Part shown: in pieces, positions 1 through 9,304 of the stretch
Numbering within the stretch: position 1 is the first letter of the stretch
Layout of the letters: the number at the start of each line of letters is the position of its first letter
Position numbers and translations under genes: made by a program
NCBI GenBank assembly: GCA_964548165.1
Contig: CAZJQD010000013.1
Location: 12,454-76,453 of the forward strand
DNA length: 64,000 nucleotides
DNA from: an uncultured bacterium
Lineage (GTDB): Bacteria > UBA8481
Direction: 5' to 3'
Notes under the pieces: generated by a model
The model's database searches: none
Seen by the model: only the letters and a program-made list of their open reading frames with translations
What the model was told of the DNA's origin: nothing

Positions 1-1006
1 GCCCCGCGAGGAGAACGAGATCGTGGCGGGCACGGCGATGAGCGCGTTCGACAGCCTGGGCAACGAGCACAGCCTCGGCTTCTCGTTCCAGCGCCTCTCG
101 ACCAACCGCTGGCTCTGGGAGGCGCGGCCGACCTATCGCGTCGAGAATCTCCCGGCCGCCGTGATCGACGATCCGGCGGGCGGCGGGACCACGGCGGACG
201 GCATGCTCGTCCAGCCGAACACGCTCATCCAGAACCCCGACGGCACCTACAAGCTCAAGGTCGTCGTCGACGAGGGCATGGGGTCGACCGAGTGGATCCA
301 GGTTCCCCCGGGCGCGGCCTGGCCCTCCACGTCCGCGGTCGCCGGTTACTTCCAGGTCACGGACGCCACCACCGGCGCCGTCGCCTTCTCGCGCGACATC
401 AATACCACGGGCCCCAACTTCCGGCTCTACACCGAGTATCCCGGGTCCGCGGCGGTCGGCAACGGCATCATCGCCTTCGACGACCTCGGGAACTACGACG
501 CCACCGAGTCGAGCGTACTGAGCCCCCTGACCTTCACGCCGCCCGGCGCCAACGCGATCGCGTTCACGCCGGATTTCACCGGCATCAAGGGTCAGCGCCG
601 GCAGTCCGATGTGACCGTCGTCGCGTCCGATGGCTTCAAGGCGGGAACGCTCAGGAAATGGGGCTTCGACACGGAAGGCCGGATCGTCGCCGACTACACG
701 AACGGGATGCAGCAGTACCTGGCCCGGGCCACCCTGGCGCGGTTCACCAACCCGGAGGGAATGCTCTCGCACGGGGAGAACATGTTCCAGGTGTCGGCCA
801 ACTCCGGCGCGCGGACGCTGATCCTCGGCGGCACGATGCAGGACGTCGGGGTCTCCTTCATCTCCGGCGCGCTCGAATCGTCCAACGTCGATATCAGCGA
901 GGAGTTCGCCAACATGATCGTGTTCCAGAGGGCGTACCAATTCAACTCGAGGATCGTCACGACCTCGGATGAGCTGACCAGGGAAGCGATCCAGATGAAG
1001 CGGTAA
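1..1006 (+). CDS. flgE: Flagellar hook protein FlgE-like, C-terminal part; the gene begins upstream of the window
   Basis: The ORF ends with GALESSNVDISEEFANMIVFQRAYQFNSRIVTTSDELTREAIQMKR, the conserved rod/hook C-terminal domain. The region upstream of it (SDGFKAGTL...ATLARFTNPEGM...) matches the FlgE C-terminal half. Confidence 0.75.
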   Translation, partial: PREENEIVAGTAMSAFDSLGNEHSLGFSFQRLSTNRWLWEARPTYRVENLPAAVIDDPAGGGTTADGMLVQPNTLIQNPDGTYKLKVVVDEGMGSTEWIQVPPGAAWPSTSAVAGYFQVTDATTGAVAFSRDINTTGPNFRLYTEYPGSAAVGNGIIAFDDLGNYDATESSVLSPLTFTPPGANAIAFTPDFTGIKGQRRQSDVTVVASDGFKAGTLRKWGFDTEGRIVADYTNGMQQYLARATLARFTNPEGMLSHGENMFQVSANSGARTLILGGTMQDVGVSFISGALESSNVDISEEFANMIVFQRAYQFNSRIVTTSDELTREAIQMKR

Positions 1007-1066
1007 GGACGGAGTGGTAGCGATTTAGCGGTGTAGCGGTACTGCGAGCCGGCACGGGCCGGCCCG

Positions 1067-2863
1067 GTGATGCAGGGCATTGACATGTTGAGCGAGGAGG
1101 CAGGAGCCATGAACCAGCAGCGACAGCAGGTGGAGGTCAACGTCGGGGTCGATGTTGGAGCGAAGGGACAGAAGGGATCCGAGGCCCAGAAGACCCAGCA
1201 CCTCGCCCGCGCTCTCGGCGGCAAGGCGCTCAAGGAGTCCTTCTCGCTGAACTTCGAATCGCTCTTTCTCGACATGTTCACCGAGGTCCCGGTGAAGGCG
1301 TCGACCAAGGCTCCCGAGCCCACGCGCTCGATGATCGATGTGGCCCCGCTCCCGGCGCGCGCCGAAGCGCCCCAGGCCGCGCCGAAAGCGTACGCGGATG
1401 CGCCGGCGCCGCAGGCCGCCGTCGAGCCCGCACCGGTTCGTAACGATCAGCCCGCGCCCGCCCGCAACCAGGAAGTGAAGCCGGTCGAGCGCCAGGAGGT
1501 CGCGACATCGGGCGAGGAGGCGCCGGCCGAGACGACGGCCGCGCTCGTCGAGGCGCCGAAGGGCGAGATGGTCGTCACGCATGTCAAGATGGTGAAGATC
1601 GAGCTTCACGCCCACCTGCAGAAGGCGCTCTCCGCCGAGGAAGTCCAGGAAGTGGGCGACAAGCTCAAGAAGCTCGTGAGCGACGAGGACCTGGAGCCCG
1701 CCGAGCTGTACGCGGGCGTGCTCGAGATCGTCGCCGGCCTCCTGAATCCCAGCCAGCCCGTCGATGCTCCGCAGATCGCCGAAGCGGCGGAGGTCGTTCC
1801 CGAGCAAGAGGGCGAGGAACTGCCGGCGTTCCAGAAGTTCCTGCGACGGTTCATGGTGGAGGTCCAGGAGGCCCTGCCGGAGGGCCAGGTTGAGCAGGTA
1901 TCCGGCGCCGCCATCGAGACCCCGGCCTCCATCCAGCAGCAGGTGGACGAGGCCCTCTCCAAGCTCGTGGCGAAGATGGATCGCCGCTTGACGCCGGAGG
2001 ATCGCCGCGACGTCGCCGAACTCATCCAGAAGCTCCAGGCCGATGCCGTCGCGGCCCCCGAGGAGAAGAAGGCGGTCGCCGTCGAGGCGCCCCGGACGAT
2101 CGAGTTCAAGCGCGAGGCGGTGCGCGTGCAGGCGCTCGACGTGAAGACCGATGACGGGCAGAAGACGTCGATCCGGATGGAAGCGGTTGCCGAGTCCGTC
2201 GTCGTCGATATCAGCCGCTTGAAGAACCGGGCCAATCAGAACACGCCCCTGCCGACCGCGGGCTCCGGCGCGGTCGCCGGGATCGAGGGCGCGGCGAAGG
2301 CGGGACGACCCGACGGGCAGTCCCAGACCTCCTGGCAGAATTCCTACAGCCAGAACTCGGCGCTGAGGAATGCCGAGCGAACGCAGGCGCCGGCGCGCAG
2401 CGAGGCGCCTCGCCCCGTCCAGCACCCGCCCGTCTTCGACCAGATCGTGCAGAGCGCGCGGATTCTCGTGACGGAAGGGAAGAGCGAAGCCGTCATCAAG
2501 CTCAACCCCGAGCAGCTCGGCAAGGTCGAGATGAAGGTCACGGTCGAGGACGGCAAGGTCTCGGTGAAGTTCACGGCGGAGAACCAGGCGGTTCGTGCCG
2601 CGATCACGGAGAACCTGCAGGAGCTCCGCAAGAGCCTCGCCGAGCTGGGCCTTGACGTCGAGAACGTCCTCGTGGCCCTCGCCGGGCAGTTCCAGAACGG
2701 CGAGCAGCAGGAGGAGGAACGGCAGGCGGAGGCGAACGCGGGTCGACGGCGCGGCGGGGTCGGCGGCGTCGACGATGCGGATGACGAGGCCGACGAGTTC
2801 GCGGGCGCGGTGACGCACGCGGTCGCCGTGGCCGACGGGTCCACCGTCCGGTACGTGGCCTAG
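1067..2863 (+). CDS. fliK: Flagellar hook-length control protein FliK
   Basis: Pro/Ala/Glu-rich low-complexity N-terminal and central region. The C-terminus carries a Flg_hook domain (ILVTEGKSEAVIKLNPEQLGKVEMKVTVEDGKVSVKFTAENQAVRAAITENLQELRKSL). It lies between two hook genes. Confidence 0.7.
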   Translation: MMQGIDMLSEEAGAMNQQRQQVEVNVGVDVGAKGQKGSEAQKTQHLARALGGKALKESFSLNFESLFLDMFTEVPVKASTKAPEPTRSMIDVAPLPARAEAPQAAPKAYADAPAPQAAVEPAPVRNDQPAPARNQEVKPVERQEVATSGEEAPAETTAALVEAPKGEMVVTHVKMVKIELHAHLQKALSAEEVQEVGDKLKKLVSDEDLEPAELYAGVLEIVAGLLNPSQPVDAPQIAEAAEVVPEQEGEELPAFQKFLRRFMVEVQEALPEGQVEQVSGAAIETPASIQQQVDEALSKLVAKMDRRLTPEDRRDVAELIQKLQADAVAAPEEKKAVAVEAPRTIEFKREAVRVQALDVKTDDGQKTSIRMEAVAESVVVDISRLKNRANQNTPLPTAGSGAVAGIEGAAKAGRPDGQSQTSWQNSYSQNSALRNAERTQAPARSEAPRPVQHPPVFDQIVQSARILVTEGKSEAVIKLNPEQLGKVEMKVTVEDGKVSVKFTAENQAVRAAITENLQELRKSLAELGLDVENVLVALAGQFQNGEQQEEERQAEANAGRRRGGVGGVDDADDEADEFAGAVTHAVAVADGSTVRYVA

Positions 2864-2865
2864 AC

Positions 2866-3258
2866 ATGGCCGCCGACCGCATCGATCCCTCGAGGCTCCC
2901 CCTCGAGGGCCTCAACCGGACGGGGGAGACTCCCGCCGTTCGCAAGCCCGAGGAAGGCGCGGCGGCGGCCGAGGGATTCGACCGGGTTCTGCGCGAGCGG
3001 CTCTCGGGCCTCAAGTTCTCGGCTCATGCCGAGGAGCGGCTGAAGCGGCGAAACATCGCCCTGGCGCCCGGGGAGCTGGAGCGGTTGAAGGGCGCCGTGG
3101 ACCGGGCCGCGGCGAAGGGTTGCTGCGACTCGCTGGTACTGATGGATGACAAGGCGTTCGTGGTCTCGGTCAAGAATCGCACCGTGATCACGGCCGTGGA
3201 TGGACAGAGCGTCAAAGAAGGAGTGTTCACCAACATCGATTCCGCCGTCGTCAGTTGA
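2866..3258 (+). CDS. Small flagellar operon protein (TIGR02530-like, found between fliK/flgD and flgE in Firmicutes-type fla operons)
   Basis: 130 aa, motif FSAHAEERLKRRNIALAPGELERLKGAVDRAAAKG, immediately upstream of flgE. Family assignment is from memory. Confidence 0.5.
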   Translation: MAADRIDPSRLPLEGLNRTGETPAVRKPEEGAAAAEGFDRVLRERLSGLKFSAHAEERLKRRNIALAPGELERLKGAVDRAAAKGCCDSLVLMDDKAFVVSVKNRTVITAVDGQSVKEGVFTNIDSAVVS

Positions 3259-3390
3259 CGGTGGGGCGAAGGCCCAGGCCCGGGCCCTCGCACGGCAACG
3301 AAAACGGGCCGCCGCAAGGATGCGGCGTCATTGATGGCCAGGGATGGCGGATTCGGTCCCCTAGTCGGGGCTCACGAGGAGTGATACGCC

Positions 3391-6300
3391 ATGTTGAGGT
3401 CATTGTTCACCGGTGTCACCGGTCTGAAGGCGCACCAGGTCCGACTCGATGTCGTGTCCAACAACATCGCCAACGTCAATACGACGGGATTCAAGGCGTC
3501 CCGTGTCCGCTTTGACGACGTCCTGTCGCAGACGATCGAGATCGCCACGGCCCCGGAATCCGGGCGTGGCGGACAGAATCCCAAGCAGATCGGCCTGGGA
3601 GTCCTGGGAACAACCATCTCCCGGGACATGGGCCAGGGCGCGGTCGAGATCACCAACAAGACGACCGACCTCGCGATCCAGGGCAACGGCTTTTTCGTCG
3701 TTCGCGACGGTGAGACCGTGGCCGAGTGGTACACGCGAGACGGCAACTTCGCCATCGACCGCGACGGCAGTCTCGTCATGGCCTCGAATGGCTTTCGCGT
3801 CCAGGGGTGGAATGGCTACCTCGACACGCAGTCCCAGACCTGGACCATCAACTCCTCGAATCCCGTGGAAGACATCGAGCTGAACCTGACCCAGCAGATG
3901 GATCCGGTCGCCACCTCGACGATCACGCTCTCCGGGAACCTCGACTCGCGCCTCTCGTCCGCCATTGATCCGGTTCGCGTGAGCTGGACGAAGAACGGGA
4001 CGACGCGCGAGGTGGAGATGCGCTTCACGCACGTCCACCCGACCGAGAACCTCTACAAGTGGAGCGTGTTCGACCCTTCCGTGATCGATCCCGCCACCGG
4101 CGACTTCACGCTCATCCCGACCGACATGAACGGCATGGAGGCCTCGGGCATCATCCAGCTCGATGAGAACGGCCGCGTCATGAGGCACTTCGTCAATACG
4201 GCCGATGACAATGCGGCCGATCCGGCGGCGTATTTCATCGACGGGAGCGCCCTGGAGATGCCCGACGACAACGACGTATGGGCCATCGCGAACCCGACCC
4301 GCACGTTCAATGGCTATGATTACTTCTCGCTCGATTCCAACGGCGACGGCGACGCGATCCAGGTGGAGACCAACTCGGCCGCCTCGACGGTCTCCTCGGC
4401 CCAGTCCACGGTGGCGGGCATCTTCGATGTCACGCTCCGCGTGCCCAACGCCCCGCTCTCGTCGACCGCGGTCGCGAACGGCACCTACCCGAACGGGTTC
4501 ACCAACGACGCCATCTACCAGACGGGCGTCGGCGCCGCGGGCAACCTGGCGATGCCGGGCGAGGGCCTGGGCGTGCCGGTCCAGTTCATCCAGTCCGTCT
4601 CGAACGAGGTCGTGAGCCGGATCTCGGCGGACCGCACGACGCTCCAACTGGCCAACGCCCTGGTCGTCGGCACCGGGCGCGAGAATCCCAACGCCGCGGG
4701 CCAGATCGTCAGCGGTACCGCGGGCGGTACCGACACGGACAGCATCCAGCTCATCATCGACGGCGTGCAGTGGACGCGGATCGCGAACTCGGCCGCATTC
4801 ACGCCTGGCGCGAGCCAGTTCAAGATCAACGAGGAACTGGGCATCATCACGCTGGGATCCGCGTTGCCCGTGGGCGTCAATGCCATCGCCAACTACGCCT
4901 ACGAGGTTCGTCCGACCAACACGCGGTCGATCCCCGCCGGGCGCACGGTCGCGCTCGAGTTTGGCGGCGTTCCCGGCAACGTCTCGACATCGACCGTGGA
5001 CCAGTCCACGTTTTACGTCCCGGGCTCCATGACGCTCACCATTACCGATGTCTCGGCCATTCCGCCGACCGCGGAGACCTTCACGGAGGTTGCCTTCGGG
5101 CAGGCGCCGGGCGCCAACCAGTACGTGGTCGATCCCGTGGTCGGAACGGTCACGTTCGGCACGTTCTCCAACGCGCAGGCCGTCGCTGCGGCAGACACGC
5201 TCTCCGGGTCCTACCGCACCTTCCGTAACTGGGCGGGCGAGCAGACGGTGACGGTCGCCGTCGGGACTACCGTGGACGCCGCGGAAGCCGCGTTCCTGGC
5301 GCTCGCGGATTCGGGCGGCCAGAATCCCCCGTACGTTCCCAACTCGGTCGGCACCATCCAGCTCACCAACACGTCCGCCGCGACGACGGAACCCTTCACG
5401 GAGGTCGCCTTCGGCAACACGCTCGGCATCCGCCAGTTCTCCGTCAACCCGGCAACGGGCGACATCTCGTTCGGCACCTTCTTCAACGGGGAGGCCGTCG
5501 ATGAGGCCGCCGACACCTTCGCGACCGTCGCTCATGAATTCGACTTCTTCGAGAAGCGCATCGGCATCACGGACGGAGCGGCGACCGCGCACGGCCAGTT
5601 CGCCAACACGCAGAACGCCCTGGGCTGGAACGATCTCTGGCGCGTCCAGACCATCGCCGCCGGCGGCGCGGAGACCGGCGACGTCCGTCTTTGGCTCCAA
5701 GGAGACGGGTTCGCCGCCGTCAATGACCCGAACGAGCCGACGCAGGCTTCGCTCGCCTACCTCCCCACGATCTCCTCGACGCTGAGGGCGGAGATGAACT
5801 ACCAGTCGGATGATCGCGTCAACATCATCATCCCGAACGGCCTCACGAAGACGCCGAACGTCAACCCCCTGACGGACCTCACGAGCGAGTCCTTCGCGAT
5901 CACGCCCAACACCTCGCAGATTACCGGCAACAACGGGAACAACAACCAGGCGGACACGGGCGACACCAACACCGTCTCGGTGAATACGCCCGAGGATTAC
6001 ACCTACGCGACCGCGGTGGAGGTTTTCGACTCGCTCGGCACGCCCTGGAATGTCCCGATCCGCTACGAGAAGATCGATACCAACCGGTGGGTCATGTATG
6101 CCATCGATCCGACCGACCCGGATGGCCAGCGCATCGCCGGCTTCCGCCTCCTGGGCTTCGACGCCAACGGGCGCTTCAACACGACGTCGACGGTCCCCTA
6201 CGAATCGCCGACCGCGAACGGCACGACCAACGACGGCTTCCTCGGCATCTACTTCGATCCGCCGCGGGCGGGCGGAGCGCCTCCGACCGAGGAGGGCGCG

Positions 6301-6753
6301 GACCCGGTCCAGATCAACCTGAACCTGGACGACCTGGTGCAGACCGCGCGGCGCACCAATGCCGTCGTCTCCGAGCAGAACGGATTCCCTCCCGGCAAGC
6401 TCGAGAGCTTCTCGTTCAATGACCAGGGCTTCATGGTCGGGCTCTTCGACAACGGCCGCAGTCTCAACCTCGCCCGCGTCGCCCTCCAGGGCTTCGTCAA
6501 CCCCGCCGGCCTCATCGCCGTCGGTGGCAACATGTTCAAGAACACGGTCAACGCCGGAAAGTTCGGCAGCCCGCAGCGACCGGGATTCGACGGCGTGGGC
6601 ACGATCGTGCCGGGCGCCCTGGAGAGCTCGAACGTCGATCTCTCCGTCGAGTTCGTCGACCTCATCATTACCCAGCGCGGTTTCCAGGCCCAGTCCCGCA
6701 CGATCACCACGGCGGACCAGGTCCTCCAGGAAGTGCTCTCGCTGAAGAGGTAA
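3391..6753 (+). CDS. flgE: Giant flagellar hook protein FlgE (1120 aa) with an expanded central region
   Basis: N-terminus MLRSLFTGVTGLKAHQVRLDVVSNNIANVNTTGFKASRV (Flg_bb_rod). C-terminus GALESSNVDLSVEFVDLIITQRGFQAQSRTITTADQVLQEVLSLKR. AGGAG ribosome-binding site upstream. Confidence 0.85.
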   Translation: MLRSLFTGVTGLKAHQVRLDVVSNNIANVNTTGFKASRVRFDDVLSQTIEIATAPESGRGGQNPKQIGLGVLGTTISRDMGQGAVEITNKTTDLAIQGNGFFVVRDGETVAEWYTRDGNFAIDRDGSLVMASNGFRVQGWNGYLDTQSQTWTINSSNPVEDIELNLTQQMDPVATSTITLSGNLDSRLSSAIDPVRVSWTKNGTTREVEMRFTHVHPTENLYKWSVFDPSVIDPATGDFTLIPTDMNGMEASGIIQLDENGRVMRHFVNTADDNAADPAAYFIDGSALEMPDDNDVWAIANPTRTFNGYDYFSLDSNGDGDAIQVETNSAASTVSSAQSTVAGIFDVTLRVPNAPLSSTAVANGTYPNGFTNDAIYQTGVGAAGNLAMPGEGLGVPVQFIQSVSNEVVSRISADRTTLQLANALVVGTGRENPNAAGQIVSGTAGGTDTDSIQLIIDGVQWTRIANSAAFTPGASQFKINEELGIITLGSALPVGVNAIANYAYEVRPTNTRSIPAGRTVALEFGGVPGNVSTSTVDQSTFYVPGSMTLTITDVSAIPPTAETFTEVAFGQAPGANQYVVDPVVGTVTFGTFSNAQAVAAADTLSGSYRTFRNWAGEQTVTVAVGTTVDAAEAAFLALADSGGQNPPYVPNSVGTIQLTNTSAATTEPFTEVAFGNTLGIRQFSVNPATGDISFGTFFNGEAVDEAADTFATVAHEFDFFEKRIGITDGAATAHGQFANTQNALGWNDLWRVQTIAAGGAETGDVRLWLQGDGFAAVNDPNEPTQASLAYLPTISSTLRAEMNYQSDDRVNIIIPNGLTKTPNVNPLTDLTSESFAITPNTSQITGNNGNNNQADTGDTNTVSVNTPEDYTYATAVEVFDSLGTPWNVPIRYEKIDTNRWVMYAIDPTDPDGQRIAGFRLLGFDANGRFNTTSTVPYESPTANGTTNDGFLGIYFDPPRAGGAPPTEEGADPVQINLNLDDLVQTARRTNAVVSEQNGFPPGKLESFSFNDQGFMVGLFDNGRSLNLARVALQGFVNPAGLIAVGGNMFKNTVNAGKFGSPQRPGFDGVGTIVPGALESSNVDLSVEFVDLIITQRGFQAQSRTITTADQVLQEVLSLKR
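5065..5540 (+). repeat. Internal tandem duplication (about 100 aa per unit) inside the giant flgE
   Basis: The protein repeats E(T/P)FTEVAFG(Q/N)...V(D/N)P..G..(T/S)FGTF.N..AV..AAD. The DNA repeats ccttcacggaggt(t/c)gccttcgg at about 5077 and 5392. Confidence 0.6.
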
Positions 6754-6778
6754 GCCGACCGGTAACCAGGCGTCGTAA

Positions 6779-6816
6779 GGAGCGCCTCCCCCCGGGGAGG
6801 CGCTCTTCTTTTTTAT
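6779..6816 (+). terminator. Rho-independent terminator after flgE
   Basis: GGAGCGCCTCCCC-CC-GGGGAGGCGCTC stem followed by a TTCTTTTTTAT tract. Confidence 0.8.
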
Positions 6817-6843
6817 GGAGCCTTCATCGCCTATACTGGCTCC

Positions 6844-8049
6844 GTGACTGACCGCATCTATCTCGACCACAACGCCTCCATGCCCCTGCGCGGCGAGGTT
6901 GCCGCGTTCCTGGGCGGGCTGGGGGCGCTCGGGAATCCCTCGTCCGTGCACGCGGAGGGGAGGCGGGCCCGGTATCTTCTCGAGACGGCGCGCCAGCAGG
7001 TCGCCGACTGGGCGGGCGTCGATCCTGCGGGCGTCATCTTCACCTCCGGGGGGACGGAGGCGAACGCGCTGGCCGCGCATGCCCTGGCGCGGCGCGCGGA
7101 GTCCGAGGGGCGCGCGCGGGTGGCGTGGCTGGAGGCGGGCTCTCACCCGTCGGTGACCGCCAACGTGGAGGCTCTTCTCGCGGGATGGGAGCTCGTCCGG
7201 GAGACCGCATGTCCCCCGCATGTCTGCGGCTGCCCTCGGGCCGGCGCCTCCTGCCTGGCGGCCAGCATCCGGTTCGTGCTGGCCGCGCACAACGAGACCG
7301 GGGAGCTGACGGACCTGGAGGCCGCGGTCGCGGCGGCGCGGCGGGACGGAGCGTTTCTTCACGTCGACGCCGTCCAGTGGCCGGGCAAGATGCCCTTCCA
7401 TCCTGCGCTGCGGGAGTGCGACGCCTTCACGCTCTCGGGACACAAGATCGGCGCGCCGATGGGCGGAGGCGCACTCGTCCTGCCGCGCCCGTTCGAGGTC
7501 GCGCCGATGCTCTCGGGGGGCGGCCAGGAGTCAGGGCGCCGTAGCGGCACGCCGTCGCTCGCGGCCATCCTGGGCTTCGGTCACGCCCTGGCCCTGCCTT
7601 TCGACGCCGACCACTGCCGACGTCTCGCCGTGCGCCTGCGGGATCGACTCGCGGAGGGCCTGGGATCGCGGTTCGCCGAGGTTTCGCGGTGCGACATCGG
7701 CCTCCCCGGGACGCTGTTGGCGGCCTTTCCCGGCCTCCCGGGCGACGTCGTGGCGGCCGCGATCGACGCCTCCGGCGTGGCGGTCTCCTTCGGATCGGCC
7801 TGCAGTTCGGGAACACCGCGACCGTCAGCCGCGCTCCTCGGTTGCGGTGTCGATTATCCCACGGCGTGCTGTGCCGTTCGCTTCAGCGTGGGTCCGGGCA
7901 ATACCGAGGCCGAGATCGAGGAGGCCGCGCGGCGAACGCGCGTGGCCGTGGAGTGCGTGCAGAACGCGATGGGAAGCGGGGCTGTCGTGCGCTCGTCGGA
8001 CGTGAGCGCGACGAACCGCGAAGAATTTCCGGACATGGTGCTGGCCTGA
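6844..8049 (+). CDS. iscS: Cysteine desulfurase (class V aminotransferase, IscS/NifS family)
   Basis: N-terminus IYLDHNASMPL...VHAEGRRAR...IFTSGGTEANALA. Has the SGHKIGAP PLP-lysine motif. GTG start. Confidence 0.85.
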   Translation: MTDRIYLDHNASMPLRGEVAAFLGGLGALGNPSSVHAEGRRARYLLETARQQVADWAGVDPAGVIFTSGGTEANALAAHALARRAESEGRARVAWLEAGSHPSVTANVEALLAGWELVRETACPPHVCGCPRAGASCLAASIRFVLAAHNETGELTDLEAAVAAARRDGAFLHVDAVQWPGKMPFHPALRECDAFTLSGHKIGAPMGGGALVLPRPFEVAPMLSGGGQESGRRSGTPSLAAILGFGHALALPFDADHCRRLAVRLRDRLAEGLGSRFAEVSRCDIGLPGTLLAAFPGLPGDVVAAAIDASGVAVSFGSACSSGTPRPSAALLGCGVDYPTACCAVRFSVGPGNTEAEIEEAARRTRVAVECVQNAMGSGAVVRSSDVSATNREEFPDMVLA

Positions 8050-8414
8050 GCTCACCCTACGGCGACGCGGTGCGCGCGCGTGTCGCCGCCGCGGAGTGGC
8101 AGGGCGAGCTGGAGGGCGCCACGCATCATGCGCGCGCGAGCAACCCGGTTTGCGGCGATGACGCGGAGATCTGGCTCCGCGTGAAGGACGCCACGATCGA
8201 GGATGTCCGCTGGAAGGCGAGGGGATGTCCGCCCACGCTCGCCGCGCTCGACCTCCTGGCCGAACGCGTCGCGGGCAGCGCCGTCACCGCGGCGCTCGGT
8301 GTTACCGTCGACGACCTTGTTGCCGCTCTCCCTGGTCTTCCCGCGACGAGCCGGCACGCCTGCGCGTTGGCCATCGGCGTCCTGAAGTCCGCCCTGGCCC
8401 CACTGCGCGGCTAG
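8046..8414 (+). CDS. iscU: Fe-S cluster scaffold, IscU/NifU N-terminal-domain family
   Basis: Three conserved Cys in NPVCGD, ARGCPPTLAA and RHACALA. No ATG/GTG start; the frame is open from upstream and offset 1 nt from the iscS stop. Confidence 0.65.
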   Translation: MSSPYGDAVRARVAAAEWQGELEGATHHARASNPVCGDDAEIWLRVKDATIEDVRWKARGCPPTLAALDLLAERVAGSAVTAALGVTVDDLVAALPGLPATSRHACALAIGVLKSALAPLRG

Positions 8415-8725
8415 CGCGGAGCCTCTCCGTAGAGATACCTCGTAGAACAATACATAGCAATACGATGTAACTAACCGCGATGGACGTTCCTGTGACGCGC
8501 GTACGGGACGAGGCGGGCGGCGTGCTGCGGCCCGAATTCCGGTGGATCTTCGGACCTGGTAAGGATCACCTCTGGAATTCCTGGCCGCTCCCGGGGCAAG
8601 AGGTCCAGTTGCAACCAGTGGAGTTACGCCTTTTCAGGCTGAAAATAGACGAGATAGAGCGATTTCCACACCTTTTCCTATGCTTTCAGATCATTGCAAA
8701 AAGGTGCGCAAATCTGTTTGACCTG

Positions 8726-8783
8726 GTGGAGAAGGCGTGGGATATTCCGCTTGTCTGTGGAGCCGAGTGGAGCTGAGTGGAGG
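8726..8783 (+). promoter_or_regulatory. Phased GTGGAG direct repeats upstream of mraZ (candidate MraZ operator / dcw promoter region)
   Basis: GTGGAG at 8726, 8758, 8768 and 8778, and GTGGGA at 8737. Ten-bp phasing, ending at the mraZ ribosome-binding site. Confidence 0.45.
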
Positions 8784-9221
8784 ATGTACACAGGAATCTA
8801 CGAGCAGCTCATTGACGCAAAGGGACGCATCTTCCTACCGGGGGCCTTTCGGCAGGAATTCGGCAGTTCCTTCACCATCTCCCTCGGCTTCGACGGATGC
8901 CTCTGCCTCTGGAAAACGGAGGATTGGCAGGCATTCGTCGAGCAGGAAATTCACCAGCGGACCCAGCTCTCCCGCTCTGCCCGCGACGTCAGTCGCTGGC
9001 TCTTGAACAACGCCTTCCAGGGCGAGTTCGACTCCCAGTTCCGCTTCACCGTGCCCCAGGCCCTGAGGGCACGGGTGAAGGTGGAACGCGAGATTATCCT
9101 CGCGGGCAGTGGCCGTCGCCTCGAGATCTGGCCGCGCCCAGCCTGGAACGACTATCAAGCGCGAATCGCTGGAAATATAGAAGATATAGCCGATTCCCTG
9201 GCCAAGGAGTTCCGCATCTAG
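8784..9221 (+). CDS. mraZ: Transcriptional regulator MraZ
   Basis: MYTGIYEQLIDAKGRIFLPGAFRQEF..., two MraZ half-domains, first gene of the dcw cluster. Confidence 0.9.
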   Translation: MYTGIYEQLIDAKGRIFLPGAFRQEFGSSFTISLGFDGCLCLWKTEDWQAFVEQEIHQRTQLSRSARDVSRWLLNNAFQGEFDSQFRFTVPQALRARVKVEREIILAGSGRRLEIWPRPAWNDYQARIAGNIEDIADSLAKEFRI

Positions 9222-9304
9222 CTGTGTCGTGTCAGACTGCGGAAATGCGGATCTGGAAATGCGCGACTTGCGTTTGTGACGCGAATCAGTGACTTGCAAC
9301 TATA

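Noticed and set aside
1025-2818. 597-aa minus-strand ORF opposite fliK
   Set aside because: Leu/Arg-rich antisense shadow. The plus-strand fliK has a recognisable Flg_hook domain.
3400-7443. 1347-aa ORF on the minus strand
   Set aside because: It is antisense to flgE and iscS. It is Arg/Gly/Asp-rich with no recognisable domains, the typical shadow ORF of GC-rich DNA opposite a well-supported gene.
8480-8776. 98-aa ORF upstream of mraZ
   Set aside because: It lies in the low-GC dcw promoter region, overlaps the GTGGAG repeats, and has no motifs. It is more likely regulatory DNA than coding.
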